This document shows positions 51,690-64,000 of a stretch of 64,000 nt of DNA, piece after piece. Where the stretch lies: positions 75,702,001 to 75,766,000 of the forward strand of contig JAGIQG010000006.1 of assembly GCA_024679065.1 (NCBI GenBank). Reading direction: 5' to 3'. Source of the DNA: Sphyrna mokarran (Eukaryota). The first letter of the stretch is position 1. Every line of letters starts with the position of its first letter. A program made the position numbers and the translations under genes. Under the pieces are notes generated by a model. The model worked only from the letters and a program-made list of their open reading frames with translations. It had not been told where the DNA came from and searched no databases.

Positions 51690-53880
51690 ACATAATAAAA
51701 TGGCCCAAAATGGCATCTAATAGAAGTAGTATCAAACCACTTAAGATGATGACCAAAAGCTTCGTCAAAAAATCAGAGTTTAAGAAGTATCTTAAAGGAA
51801 GAGAGTGAGGTTAGAGTTGTTTAGGGAGGGAAATCTTTAGCCTTAGGTCTTGATAGCTGTTGGCATGGTCAACAATAATGGAGCAATTAAAATTGCAAGA
51901 GGCTAGAACTAAAAGTTTGCAATGGTTTCAGAGGAGAGGATTGTAGGTATGAAGGTGGTTACAGTAACAGGGAAGATGAAGTAATGGAGGATTTAAAAGC
52001 AAGGATACCAATTTTAAAATCAAGACATTGCCAGACTGGGAACAAATGTAGATCAGCAAACATAGAGCTGAAAAATAAAACAGACTTAAGTGCAAGTTAG
52101 CATGGGCAATAGTGTTTCGGATTAACTCAAGTTACATTGGGTGGAATATAGGAGATTGGCTAGGAGATCGTTGGAATAGTCAAATTTAGAAGTAAAAAGG
52201 GCACAGATATGTACATGAAATTTAAGTAGCAACTGTGGCAATGCTGGAACCATGTGTTACTGATGAACATAAGTCTTGATGATGGAACAGATAAGTGGTC
52301 AGAAACTCATCTTTGGGTTAAGTATGAAACTAAATCTGCAAAGAGTATGGCTCAGCTTCTAATAGTTACATGAGTAAGGGTTAGAACTGGGGGCTGGGAA
52401 GAGTTTGTAGCAGAGACAAAAGACACGGAACTAGGTCTTCCAACATTTAGTTTTACAAGCTGGAATTTTCCTCTGTTCATGCTGATGAGATCTTCTGCTC
52501 CCAATAATGTTCCCCCCCCCCCCATTGGTTTCCAAGTGGCATTGGATACAATCAATGGGAAATCCCATTGACAGCAGTAGTGTGGAAGATCTCATCACTG
52601 ACAAACTTCCCATCACAAGAAACACACCGCAGAGAGGCAAGAAAATTCTCCCCAAAATTTCTGCTCATCCCATTTTGGATATTGGAATTTATATTCAGAT
52701 CAGAAACTCCACAATGTTTTCTGCAGTCCATCTAAATCATAAATTTTGCACCTTGAATTTGGCTAGGATAAGCATGATATGTTTCACCTCAGCTATGATT
52801 CAAATTATCTACCAGGGAACTTTTAACAGCAAAGTTTATTTAAGAATATAGTTAACATGTATAGTAAGAAAATTAGCAGAAATTCTTATCAATTATAAAC
52901 AAAAACAAGCCAACCACAATAATGCATAACCCTTAGTAAATATGATCAAGAAGTTCTAATTAAGCTGATCCCATAAACAACACTCTTTCACAGGCTTAAC
53001 ATAGCAAAGACTAATGCTCATGGAACTGAGTCTTTTGGATGAATGCTACAGTTCTCTTGATAGACTTGGAACAGTTTGAAGTCAGAACAGCTTCCCAGAA
53101 CACTAGGCAGAGACTCTGGTCAAGCCACCAACAGCAAATTTTCTACTACAGGAAGGCAACAAGCTTTGCTTCAGCTAACCAGCAGAATTTCCAAAACACA
53201 AGGACAGAAATGCTGCTTTCAGTCTGAGATCCATTCCCTTCTAACCTAAAAACTGTTGTCAGTCAAAACAGAAAATGAAACATTGAATTCCTTAGGAAGG
53301 AAAAAGAACTGACCAGAACCTATGATCTTCCTTCTAACAATGCAGGGTCATAAAACAGCACAGAATAAAAGTAAAGAAACTCCATTTAAACCACCGAAGG
53401 AACAAGGAAAGAACTCCTCATGGACAGCTTGGAACTATAACATCAGCTAAGGTTGTGAGAGCATGATTTTAAAAAAATCTCTTAAAGATACACTAATATC
53501 ACAAAAAGCAGTCTGACAAATCAGATAACAGTGGAAGTGCTGATGTAAATCTGGGTGTCATCAGCATATGTGTGGAACCTGAGATATTTTGGATGTTTGG
53601 TTGAGGAACAACATGGAATTAAGGACTAGGAGGGGGCCAAGAATAGATCCTTGGAGGATCTCAGAAGCAATAATGGTGTTGAAGTGAGAAGAGAAGTAAC
53701 TGCAGGTGATTCTTTAGCCAAAAAGAACAGGAAAAATGGAACCAGATGACATGATCAATCATGTCAGGCAGGTTGAGAAAGGTGAGGGGGGGTGATTAAC
53801 AGTCACAATTTGTGATCTTAATACAAGCTGATCAGCACCCGAACAGGGACAGAAACTTGAATAGAAGGTTTCAAATATGA
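51690..53880 (-). mobile_element. L2-clade LINE fragment carrying two nested inserts (MITE ~52457-52653; LTR-like ~52681-53503)
   Basis: Minus-strand RT motif FHTYADDTQIY (cttccacacatatgctgatgacacccagatttac-like, ~53545-53580) and PPRIYSWPP (PQGS.LGP remnant). The LINE sequence resumes across both inserts. Confidence 0.65.
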
Positions 53881-55436
53881 GGAAAGGAAGGCACAAGCGG
53901 TGAAGCCAGAAAAAAAGTGCTCAAATTACAGATGGTGAAAATAAATTGATCCCAGGCACTTGTACCGTCACGCTCAGAGTAATATGTACAGTCCTAGTGA
54001 CTGAAATAGACTTACAGACAGTTTTGAAAAGAACAATCTAACTGGTTCCTTATTGGTGCACTTTGAACATTCATTTGTCAGGTATTGATGCACTTCACAA
54101 GAAAGTTGAGAATTGGCTAATGTTGGCATTCTAGCATGTATCAACAAGATAAGACCATCCCAATTTGCTATACTCCAGACTACAACATTACATTGCAAGT
54201 TCCCTCAGCGATCAACCTCAACTTCTTGAAGAACAACTTAGTCTTTCAAAAATAATAAGGGCAATGTTGGCAAGGCTGCAATTATTACCAAAGTCTTGTG
54301 GCGCTGAGATAAAGGCAAATGGCCTTCATTGTGGCAACTGTGCATTTACAGTAATGTTGGAAAGGAAATTCAGGACATTGATCCAAAAGCAATAAAGGAA
54401 TGAAATATATGTTCAAGTTAGGACATTATGTGACTTGAGATAGGAACTTGGAGGTGATCCCTAAATAGTGCTGCTTTTATCTTTCTTAGTGAGGTCATTG
54501 GTAGGCAGCCTTTCAGCAGTGTATTCAATAGATTGTGCACACTGCTGTTAAAGTGCATTGGTGATCAAGGAGTGAATAAATCCTGGAGTATGAGTACCCA
54601 TCAAATGAACTGCTCTGAACTGGTTGCCATTGAGTTCCTTGATTTTTATAGGGACTGCTCAAAAAGGCAATTGATGAATATTTTGATGTTAGAGAGACAT
54701 TATGTGTAAAAAATGATACATTACAGCATACCAAAGGTAGAGTTTTCCAGTCCAGCCTGAATAGGACCCATTCCGGGTGGGATGGGGCTTTCAAACAAGA
54801 TGTTCTTTCACTTTTAGCAGGAATAGTATGTCATTAAGACATTAGGACGGCGGCGTGGGCTCGTTGGGACGAAGGGCCTGTTTCCCGTGCTGTGTTGCTC
54901 TTTGTTCTTTGTTGTTCTTTGAATTTGGAATGATTAGAAGGTTTTGGCCCAACTCTTCAAAATGTAGCTGTTTAAGGAAGAATGAATGGCTAATGAGTAA
55001 CAAGATATATCCTTTCATGGTTATTGATCCCATTAAAAGCTACCCAAAGTGTAGTTGAGGAGGACTCCAATTGCCTTTATCACATGGTCAGCAAGAAGAT
55101 CATTAGGATGTTAAAGGGAGCAAATGGGTTTGAAGACAGGTTAGGAGAGGATCTGCAATGAACTTCAGTTCATTTCCTAGTAAATGCAAAATGCCACCTT
55201 GACCTGAGCCCTAGACAAATCCTTATATACCGGTAGGAGGTAGGGCATGCGAGTGTCTCAAGACACTTCATTAACATTTTAAATCAGTTCCAGCATGTTA
55301 TTTAACTGCACCAAAGGATTGATAAAGCTTAGGAAATCCACCTGTAAAATGGAGATAGGAGGTCTGACTCAAGAGAAGATCCTTTTCCAGTGCTTCTTGT
55401 GAACAAGGAAGAGCAGGATTTCTTCTCCTCCTCATC

Positions 55437-55860
55437 TTGATTTGATTTGATTTATTATTGTCACGTGTATTAGTGTATGGTGAAAAATATTATTTCTTGC
55501 ACGCTATATTGTCAAAGCATACCACATGTAGAGAAAGACAGAAGAGAGTGTAGAATGTATGTTACAGTCATAGCTAGGATGCAGAGAAAGATCAACTTAG
55601 TGCAAGGTGGGTGCATTCAAAAGTCTGACAGCAGCAGTGAAAAAGCTGTTTTTGAGTTAGTTGGTACATGTCCTCAGACTTTTGTATCTTTTTCCCAATG
55701 GAGCAAATGGATGAGAGCATGTCTGGAGTGTGTGGGGCCCTTAATTATGCTGGCTACTTTTCCCAGACAGCAATGTCAATCGATGGTGGGCTGGTTTGAG
55801 TAATAGACTGGATTTTGTTCATGACCCTTTGTAATTTCTTGCGGTCTTGGACAAAGCACG
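55437..55860 (-). mobile_element. Rex1/Babar-like LINE 3' fragment
   Basis: The minus strand encodes LKNSFFTAAVRLLN (typical C-terminal 'NSFFP.A.RLLN' motif), followed by the AATAATAAATCAAATCAAATCAA tail. Confidence 0.75.
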
Positions 55861-58800
55861 AGTCATATCACCCCATTTCCTTGCCTACCCCCTCCCCCCA
55901 CCTCCCACTATTCTTCAAGGAAATCCCTGGCCTCCCTCTACTCATTGTATCTTCAACTCTGGCCTTTGCTGTGATCAGAAATCTTCCAGAAACATGGAAA
56001 ATAGAAGCAAGAGTAGGCTGTTTGATCCTTCAAGTCTGCTTTGCCATTCATTTTGACCGTGGCTGAAAATTCAATATCCTGATCTTGCCTTCTGTACCAA
56101 CCCATGATTTACAGGTTGTTCTGTAATCACAGCTGACCCCCATGCCACAGGCATTGACCCATAACCTGTACTGTGACTGTGAAGCTGACAACTCCCCATC
56201 CCTCTTCACTGTCAAGTCTTGATTTTCAACCTGTCCGTCCCAATCACCAGCTGTACCCTCCTGTTGTTGGCTTTCTGCCTAGCTGCCGGTCACTTTAGGA
56301 GGCAGACAGAAAATAGAATCAAAATATGAAAACAAAGTCCTGATGAAATGTGTTCCAGGGTGCTCAGCTACTTTTGACCCCTTCTGCTTCTCCCTGCCCA
56401 CTTTAAATTTCAGGGCCAAGAGATCAGCATAAATTAACTGCCATTTATTGTCCTGATATCCCTAATAATTAAACAGGAGAAATCTGCATTTTTAAAAATA
56501 TAACAAACTCAGAAGTAACTAGAAGTGAATTTGTAGTGTTCTGGGTGGTTATTCTTTTCTATATACTTATTTCTCTCTTAGGACCCAACACACTGAGAGA
56601 TAGTTGACTACTCTTATGCTGCAGAATGATTGTGGTCCTAATCTCTTGGCAGTGTTGGCCTGAGAGCAGTCACCGCTAACTTTGAGGGTTTGGACTCAAG
56701 CAGCTTGTTGGCATTTTCTATGTTTTTATAATTGAGGTTGAGATAGATGTATTTTCTGGTCACTCAGGGAATTGAGGGATTTGGTGAGTGGACAGGTAAG
56801 GTGAAACTGAGGCAGAAGATCATTGCGATCGCGTTGAATGGAAGTGCAGGGCCAAGGAGCTGTATGGTGTACTGTCCCTTTTTCTTGTGTTTTTTTTCTT
56901 TATATGCCACTGGAATGGTTTTCTCAAGGGGAAGGAGAAAGGGTTGGCATGTGCTACTCTACCTTAAGCTGACGTATTACTGTAGTCATCATTCCATTTG
57001 AATCCTCACATTTAGCACCACCTTTTAATTTTGTTTAATTTAAAATAAACCAGCTAAGAATGGCAAGTGTATTTTTTAATATGGACAGTGCAATAAATCC
57101 AAGCTTTCTCTCCTAGCCACGATATACCAAATTCCGTGCTGTAATGATGGAATCATACAACGTGTTTGTTGATATCTCAGGGTCAGACTGAAAGGACTGA
57201 CATATAATTCAAATTTCCTGAGCCCGGTGTTAACTCTGTGACATTTTTTTGAACTAAAATAATTAAAGTGGTTCCAGCTGACCCAGTAGCACGTTTCGTT
57301 CTCTTCGAAAAATGGCAAAGCATTTGAACATTTTCAACATGTTAGCTTTGGCACTGGTACAGTATTTCGAAACAGGAGACATTGCCAGGAGAATTGCAAT
57401 TGTTGACAACTCTTTTAAGCTTTTGTGATTGAACATAGTTAATTATTTGAAGCCTTTGCAGGGAAGCTACGCTACGCATTTGTTGCTCTGCATTAACAGG
57501 TTAATTCTGAATTGCTAACATTTGGAGCGGATGCAGAAGAATATGTATAGCGTTGCAGTAATCACTTTAAAATATTATTTATTTGGGATGTTTCTGTGAC
57601 ACTTTTAGTTCAAATATTTTCCCCTTCTCCTCTGAATTTTCCTTGAGCTAATTTAGTGTAGCTACAGCCCATCACAACGCCCACTGCCATTGGAAGAAAG
57701 CTACTCCATTGTGAATGCAGACAGAAGCGTGGTCTGTCAATTTGAAAACTGTCTTACCTAAAGTAACAAAGTGAAAATGTTTGTAACATCATTAATCCCA
57801 ATTAGGGAGAAATTCATTCATTTCCTGTTGTTTCTTTATTGGTTGTTTTATCTTGAAATAGCAGCATTGTCAGATTGTGACCAGCTATTTTCTTTGAAAC
57901 ACACTTATGAAATACGCTGGAGATGTTGATATTGGGCTTTTACGCATTTAGAGATCTTGTTTCCATGGCAGCTAAGCTCAGCAGCCAGAAGAGGGATATA
58001 TCAGACAATTCAGGGAAAAGTCATTTCTGGCTTTCAGATTAGTATGCAGTGCCACACCAGGCTAGTGCACTGTTTTGTATCAACAGCTAGATTTATACAA
58101 CATGGATGCCGCACGGTGCATGGATGGAACTTGATTTGCTTTTCTTACAAGTATGTGGAAATCAATTCCAGGTCCTGTTTGAAGAGAGAAAAATATAAGT
58201 TTATAAAAGCAGTTTGCATTTTTTTATTTTGCCAGTTTGGAGCAGAACATAGCAAATAGGATTAAATTATACAAACTGCCCATGGATGGCAATGCAGTCA
58301 GGTAGAGCAGTAAGTAGGAGCACTGTCCCATCAGCAGTGTGCCCCAGGCAGACTGGCAGATCAGCTTCTAAACTCACTGGAGGTTTATGAGCAGCAGAGG
58401 TGACAGCAGGTGGCTTTCCTGGTTGTAGATCAATTGCAGCTCTTAAGTGGACAATTAATGTCATGTAAGGGCCTATTCTGCCACCCCCTGGATTAAAACA
58501 GTGACAGACAAGACCTACTTGTCATCAATAGATCCAGGCAGCTGACGACTGAGAGGGTTGTCCGACCTGACAGTCTGCCCCTCTACCGTGACTATTTGAG
58601 GCTGGGTGCCCCTACAGAGGGAACATGCCATGTCCATGAGCACCATTGAGCTCTTCTGTACTCATTGGGCACGCAGGAACTGGAGTCCATTATTGCCTCC
58701 TTTAGTTATCTTTCGGTTTGGTGTTTTAAGTTTCATTTGTGCTTTGTTTTTGTTTCAGGCTGTCCCCCTCTAAGAGGGTGCCCTTTTGCTTTGCCCTCAG

Positions 58801-59147
58801 TTTTTTAAATTTAGTTTAATTGGTTTTCCCTAAAGAGAATGGCCAAAGAGGCCTATGTTCAATATACTGTCCAACCCTGTCCAGCAGGCTGCTGACAAAT
58901 TAAGTGGCTGGATATACTTCCTTCCTGGGCCGCCAGTGCCAATTAGAGGCCCTTCCCAATGCATTTTGCCTCCCTACATGCTCTCTTCTCCCCTGCCTTT
59001 TCCAAAATATACACTTCCCTCCCACACCAGGGGTCTTCTGTGAGACTCCAGATCTACCTGAATGTTCAGCTCCCCTCACTGAACACTACTTCTTTGATTT
59101 ATCTGCAATACCAGCAGTGGTCACCGCTCCTGCTGGTACTACCAGTC

Positions 59148-59476
59148 TGATGTGGAGATGCCAGTGTTGGACTGGGGTAAACACACGTAAGAAGTCTCAC
59201 AGCACCAGGTTAAAGTCCTACTACTAGTCTGCACAGCTGCCAGCAGCTGTCTGTACCTTTAAGACTTGATTACCTGCATTCTAACCATTATCTTTTAAAT
59301 TGAGTTTGTGTCTGTATATGCCCTAATTGTGAACACAACTCCCATTCACCTAATGAAGGGGCAGTGCTCCAAACGCTTGTGGCTTGTGGTACGAAATAAA
59401 CCTGTTGGACTTTAACCTAGCTGATGTGGGATTCTTATTGTGCTTATCCCAGTCCAACGCCAACATCTCCACATCA
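59148..59476 (+). mobile_element. Penelope-like element end with ~70-bp inverted repeats and degenerate hammerhead ribozyme
   Basis: 59148-59218 is the approximate reverse complement of 59407-59476. Internal CTAATGA-aggggc-agt-gctcc-AAAC-gctt (59350-59378) is followed by AATAAA. Confidence 0.7.
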
Positions 59477-59696
59477 TAGCAATTGATGAGCCATAATCCC
59501 TTCCTGGAGGTAGAAGAACATCCCTCCTCAAACTACTTCAAGGGCTGGTACCTGGCAATTTAAAGCCAGACAAACTGGCTAAGTGAAGAAGGACTTGACT
59601 CCAATATTTATCCAGCCTCTGCATATAATCCAGCCTATAGTTAATTAAGAATGTTGACATCACCCTTTTTGGAAACACTCAGCATTTTAAAAAGGT

Positions 59697-59981
59697 TTTA
59701 AAGTTTATTTATTAGTATCACAAATAAGTTTACATTAACATTGCAATGAAGTTACTGTGAAAATCTTCCAATTGCCACAATCCGGCACCTGTTTGGGTTA
59801 CACTGAGGGAGAATTTAGTATGGCCAATGCACCTAACCAGCCTATCTTTTGGACTGTGCGGAGAAATTGGAGCATCCGGAGGAAACACATGCAGAGATGG
59901 GAGGAACGTGTAGACTTCTCACAGAGCTGGGAATCAAACTCAAGTCCCTGGCACTGTGAGGCATCAGTGCTAACCACTGTG
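59697..59981 (-). mobile_element. HE1-type V-SINE (tail type B)
   Basis: CACAGTGGTTAGCACTGATGCCTCACAGTGCCAGGGACTTGAGTTTGATTCCC head and a type-B tail ending AATAAATAAACTTTAAA. Confidence 0.85.
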
Positions 59982-60453
59982 TTGATTTGGACCTGCATTC
60001 GTGACAAAATACATCAAATCACACAACTGATGTCCCTTAAAGCTTAAAATATTAGATTTCTGAAAACCTCTCTCATTTGGTGCAATTCTTACAGTAGGTC
60101 TACTCTTGTTCACACCCATATGTCCAAATACATTCTGTAATGGACAGGGGAGGGATGGTCTGTAGTTTCACCCTTTTTCCACCTGTTGACTGACTATAGA
60201 CAGATGTCTTCTTAAAAAGAATAAAGAAGTGTTTTAACCCTCTAATTGCTGTAACTCTCATGAACAGACAAATAATAGGATAAATGTTTATTACCCATAT
60301 TCAAAATATATTTGTCACAGTACTCATACACAGTCATACGGCTATACACATACACTCATATACAAGAAAAAATGACAATGAAAAAGGTAACATACATTTA
60401 ATTCTTAAAAATCCAAAAAATCAATGTCAGTATTTGCTTCCTTTGACATGAGG

Positions 60454-61165
60454 GGAACAATTCTCCCAGCCCGCAACATTGCTTTAACAGTGTGATGGAC
60501 CAGGAGAGTCAAACAGAGAAAGTATTGTGGGCTTTTTGCTGTGTGTGCCGCAGCCTCCGTGAGTCTCTGGATACTGGATTTCCAGTGCCATCAGCCTTGC
60601 ACCGATTTCTAGCATGGAGCTGTATAAATTATGCAATATACCATTTGAATGTCATTAGCAGGCCCAGAACTGAAGTCTCCAAGCCGCTAGCCTCTCCAGT
60701 GAGGTTTACAACAGCCCGACCCTGCAGGAGTAAAGGTAGGCAATTGAGGATCCCCCAGGAGGTCAGGATAAAGGGAGGGTTTCACTGGGCATTGGCAACT
60801 TGGCAGTGCAAATCTGGACTCCTGGCACTCTCCAAGGGATAAAGTGGGAATGCCCAAGAGGGCACCTTGGCACTGACCACTGGACATTGGCAGTGCCTAG
60901 GAGGTGGGACCAGAAGGGATGAGACTATGGGGACCTCTGTGGGGGAGATCTGTGCAGGTGAGGGGCCCCTGCTTCCACTCTGCATTTGGGATTGGTGATA
61001 GTGAACAGACCCCGTCCCAGGATTTTCGGTATGAATCTCACTATGCAGTCTGCAATGCACAGAGTGTGGGAGATACATTCTGAAAAACCCATTGAAAAAA
61101 AAGTGCAATTTACTCCAGTTTTTAAACAAATTCGACGCTTAGAATTTTTGGGGAGAATTGCCCCC
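60454..61165 (+). mobile_element. Harbinger-type MITE copy D (internally deleted)
   Basis: TIRs GGAACAATTCTCCC / GGGAGAATTGCCCC, with the same subterminal blocks as A-C. Confidence 0.75.
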
Positions 61166-61489
61166 AAAGTTTTCAAACATTGTAGGTCTGTATTTCCCTT
61201 TTTGCGTCACCTGTAGAAATAGAGCTTGGAGGTTTCAAGATGGATTTGTGATAGTTTACTGCTTGCAGTAACAGGTTATTTTGGCTTCACTCCAGTTGAG
61301 ATGCAGTCTCACCTGTGTTTACTAAACCTGGCTTGGATATTGAAATGGTAGATGAAGACCTGTCCAAATTTCTGCCTCCTGCTGGAATTTCGGCAGGGCC
61401 CCTTTTCTTTGTTGAACTGGAATTATTTTCCTTTCTCTCTGCTTCCTGCCTCCAAGATTGTGTCTTAAATGATCTTTATTTGAAATTTG

Positions 61490-62458
61490 GGCTGCAATTC
61501 TCCCAAAAGCACTGAATTGGCAGGAAAACTGTTCTAGATCATGATAGTTTTGTCAGTTCAGCTTCTGACCTGAATCTCGGCACTCTGGACTGAGAGTCAT
61601 GAACATCATTAAAAACCCAGGAGCTGGGCCTATTTGCATGCACAGTGGTCCCGATCTGTCAGATTTCCCATTTGCTGGCCATTCTAGGACCCCTGCAGTG
61701 CTGCCCCTCCAGCCCCCCCCCAAAGCCCCACAATAGCTCCCAGGCCAGCCCTGATCCCCCTGCCCGGGAGTGTCCCGATGCTCAACCCACTCCCCCTCCC
61801 CCCCCAACCCCACAGCAATGGCAATCCCCCCACTCCCCCTCATCCTGGCAGACATCCCTTCTGAGGCAGATCCCCTCCTGACAGACTTCCCCCAGTCTCT
61901 CCCAATAACTACTTTCCCTTCATCCCAGAATGATCCTGTCTGCAGAGTAGCAGCAAGATCCCTCACACCCACTGATCATCCCTAGGTCCCACCCATAAAA
62001 GGCCCCATCCCCTTGAAACTGCTCAATGCCTGCTGGGCATGAGCAATGCCAGGTAGCATAGACTGGCACTGCCAGGGTGCCTAAGCCCAGGGATCATCCT
62101 CCCCACCGGCTTTGCAAACTTCTATGGGGCTCCGATTGCCCCTTCTTCATTCTAGTGAAGTCTCCTGCTAGTTCCCCAAATGGAGTCTAATGTAAACCCC
62201 ACCAGAATGAAGTACTCCTGGTGGGGTGGAAGATTTGATCAAGATCTGAAAGTTCTTGCTCAACATATTTAAAATATATTGTAAAAAGATTCAAATGACT
62301 TATCTGCCTTTCCGGTGATTTTCAGTGTGTTCTGACTGGTGACTGTTCGCCGGCTCTGGGAGATGCACATGTGCAAATCTCAGTACAAGGCCGGCAACAC
62401 GCATCTCCCACCTCGACCTGCCAGAAAAGTTGTGAGTCATGATGGGAGAATCGCAGCA
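61490..62458 (-). mobile_element. Harbinger-type MITE copy E (opposite orientation)
   Basis: TIRs GCTGCAATTCTCCC (61491-61504) / GGGAGAATCGCAGC (62444-62457), a 13/14 inverted match, with a C-rich core. Confidence 0.75.
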
Positions 62459-63162
62459 ATGGTCAGGTGACCATTGTATCCTTTTTTAATTGTCCTCCCA
62501 AATGGTTTCTCATGCCTTGGCATACAGCGGTGTTCAAGCTTCACCCATGTATATGTCTTTGTGATAGGATGAGTTTCTTCTTGTAATTATTTTCTTTCAA
62601 GGTAAAAGGTTCATTTCAGATAAATCAATGACTCCATATTGCGTGAGTTCACAGAAATTGGCACAATTATTTTTCCTATTGAAAGTAATCCTTTAGTTCT
62701 ATAAACAATGAAATACTGGTGTTCCAAACACTTCTGCTTCACTCATGCTATTTGGTTATTAAACTTATTGAAAAAATATTAAGACTTTATCCATTATTTT
62801 AATGAAATTGTCTTTATAAAACAAATAGTGTGTAATGTGTACATGTAATGTGTAGAACAGTCTCTTGAAATATACAGGCCTTTAGTCACAAGCTAACTTA
62901 AAGATGTCACACAGTGGCAGGAGGTGGAATTCATCTTTGATGAGAGTGTGATGTGTGCACTAATATGTTAGCCACCTATTATACATTGTATCTGAATTTC
63001 CTCATTGATGTTAAGGCAAATTGGCAGTCCATTTGCATCCCCTCCAATAATAATGCTGTATTTACATTTAAGCGTCTGAATACAAGGGATAGAGATACAA
63101 GAAATCCTGCCTATCAATTTAAATCAGGTAATCCTTAGCTCTACATCTGTAATGGCATTTAG

Positions 63163-64000
63163 CAACATAGGAACCTAAGAACTAAGAGGCCATTTCACTC
63201 CTCAAGCCTGCTCCACAATTTAACCAGTTCATAATTAATCATCTACCTTAATGTCATTTTGCCTCCCTTTCCCGTTTCACTTGATGACTTTAATATCTAG
63301 AAAGCCTTTGATCTCTGTCTTGAACAGACTTGACTGTACCTTCTCAGCCTGGTGGGGTAGAGAATTCCAAAGATTTATTACTTAATGAAAAAATTCCTTC
63401 ACATCTAAGTCCTAAATGGTTGACCTCTTTATTCTGAGACTGTCCCATGGTTCTAGACCTCCTGCAGTCTACAAGGGGAAACATTGTTCCTGCATCTATC
63501 CTGTCGAACCCTGCAAAAATGTGGAATATTTCAAACAGATCATCTCTCATTCTTCTCAGCTCTAAAGATACAGGCCCAATCTCCTTAATCTCTCATCATA
63601 GGATAAATCCGCTCATTCCAGGAATCTGTCCGGTGAACCTTCATTGCACTTCCTCTAAGTATATCTTTCCTTGGGTAAGGAGAGCAAAACTATATTCAAT
63701 ATTCCAGGTGCAGTCTCACCAAGGCTCTATACTACTTCAGCAAGATATCTTAATTCCTGGACTGTTTGTTGCAAGAGGACTTATATCCGCTTGCAACAAA
63801 AGCTAACATACCATATAACTTCCTAATTGCTTTCGAAGTAGCATGTTAGCTTCCAGTGACTTATGAACAAGGACATCCAGATCCCTTTTGGCATCAACAT
63901 TTTTCAATTTCTCTTAGAATTATATTCCTACAGTATCATTTGAGAAATATTCTGCATTTCTATTTTTCCTACCCAAGTGGATAACTTTACATTTTTTCAT
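63163..64000 (-). mobile_element. CR1 (HER1-like) LINE 3' end
   Basis: ORF 63344..63550 MRDDLFEIFHIFAGFDRIDAGTMFPLV..SRTMGQS is the CR1 ORF2 C-terminal motif (RGDLIE.YKI..G.DRVD...FP...SRTRGHS). The tail ends in ttcttaggttcctatg repeats. Confidence 0.85.

Noticed and set aside
57140-57200. C/D-box snoRNA (aatgatgg ... ctga)
   Set aside because: The C box is imperfect (not RTGATGA), with no terminal stem or recognisable rRNA guide.

Overview
Eukaryotic genomic DNA, almost certainly from a shark (elasmobranch), inferred from HE1-type V-SINEs, SacSINE1/Deu-SINEs and shark-type CR1 LINEs. The window lies inside the NTRK2 (TrkB, BDNF/NT-4 receptor tyrosine kinase) gene on the + strand. Four canonical AG/GT coding exons (7073-7261, 22901-23031, 25395-25567, 36247-36487) splice in frame. 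They encode the juxtamembrane NPQY Shc-docking region through the kinase activation loop (DFG...YSTDYYR). I did not find the upstream transmembrane exons or the downstream VGGHTMLPIRW exon in the window. About 99% of the window is intron, densely packed with decayed mobile DNA: CR1, L2, RTE and Rex1/Babar-like LINE fragments, two SINE families, two degenerate PIF/Harbinger transposase remnants plus many Harbinger-type MITEs, Penelope-like fragments with degenerate hammerhead-ribozyme cores, a Gypsy integrase fragment and LTR-like pieces. There is also a 23-bp minisatellite and a (GGGGAT/GAGGAT)n array. I see no prokaryotic-type system (no CRISPR, no operon). The best leads are a candidate 9-nt in-frame micro-exon upstream of the NPQY exon, hammerhead-ribozyme relics, a Harbinger transposase/Myb/MITE family with a conserved subterminal hairpin, inverted V-SINEs bracketing a frame-symmetric 414-nt exon pair, and a repeat-free island near 57-58.3 kb. 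Repeat boundaries are estimated by eye, and family names come from recalled consensus motifs, not database searches.
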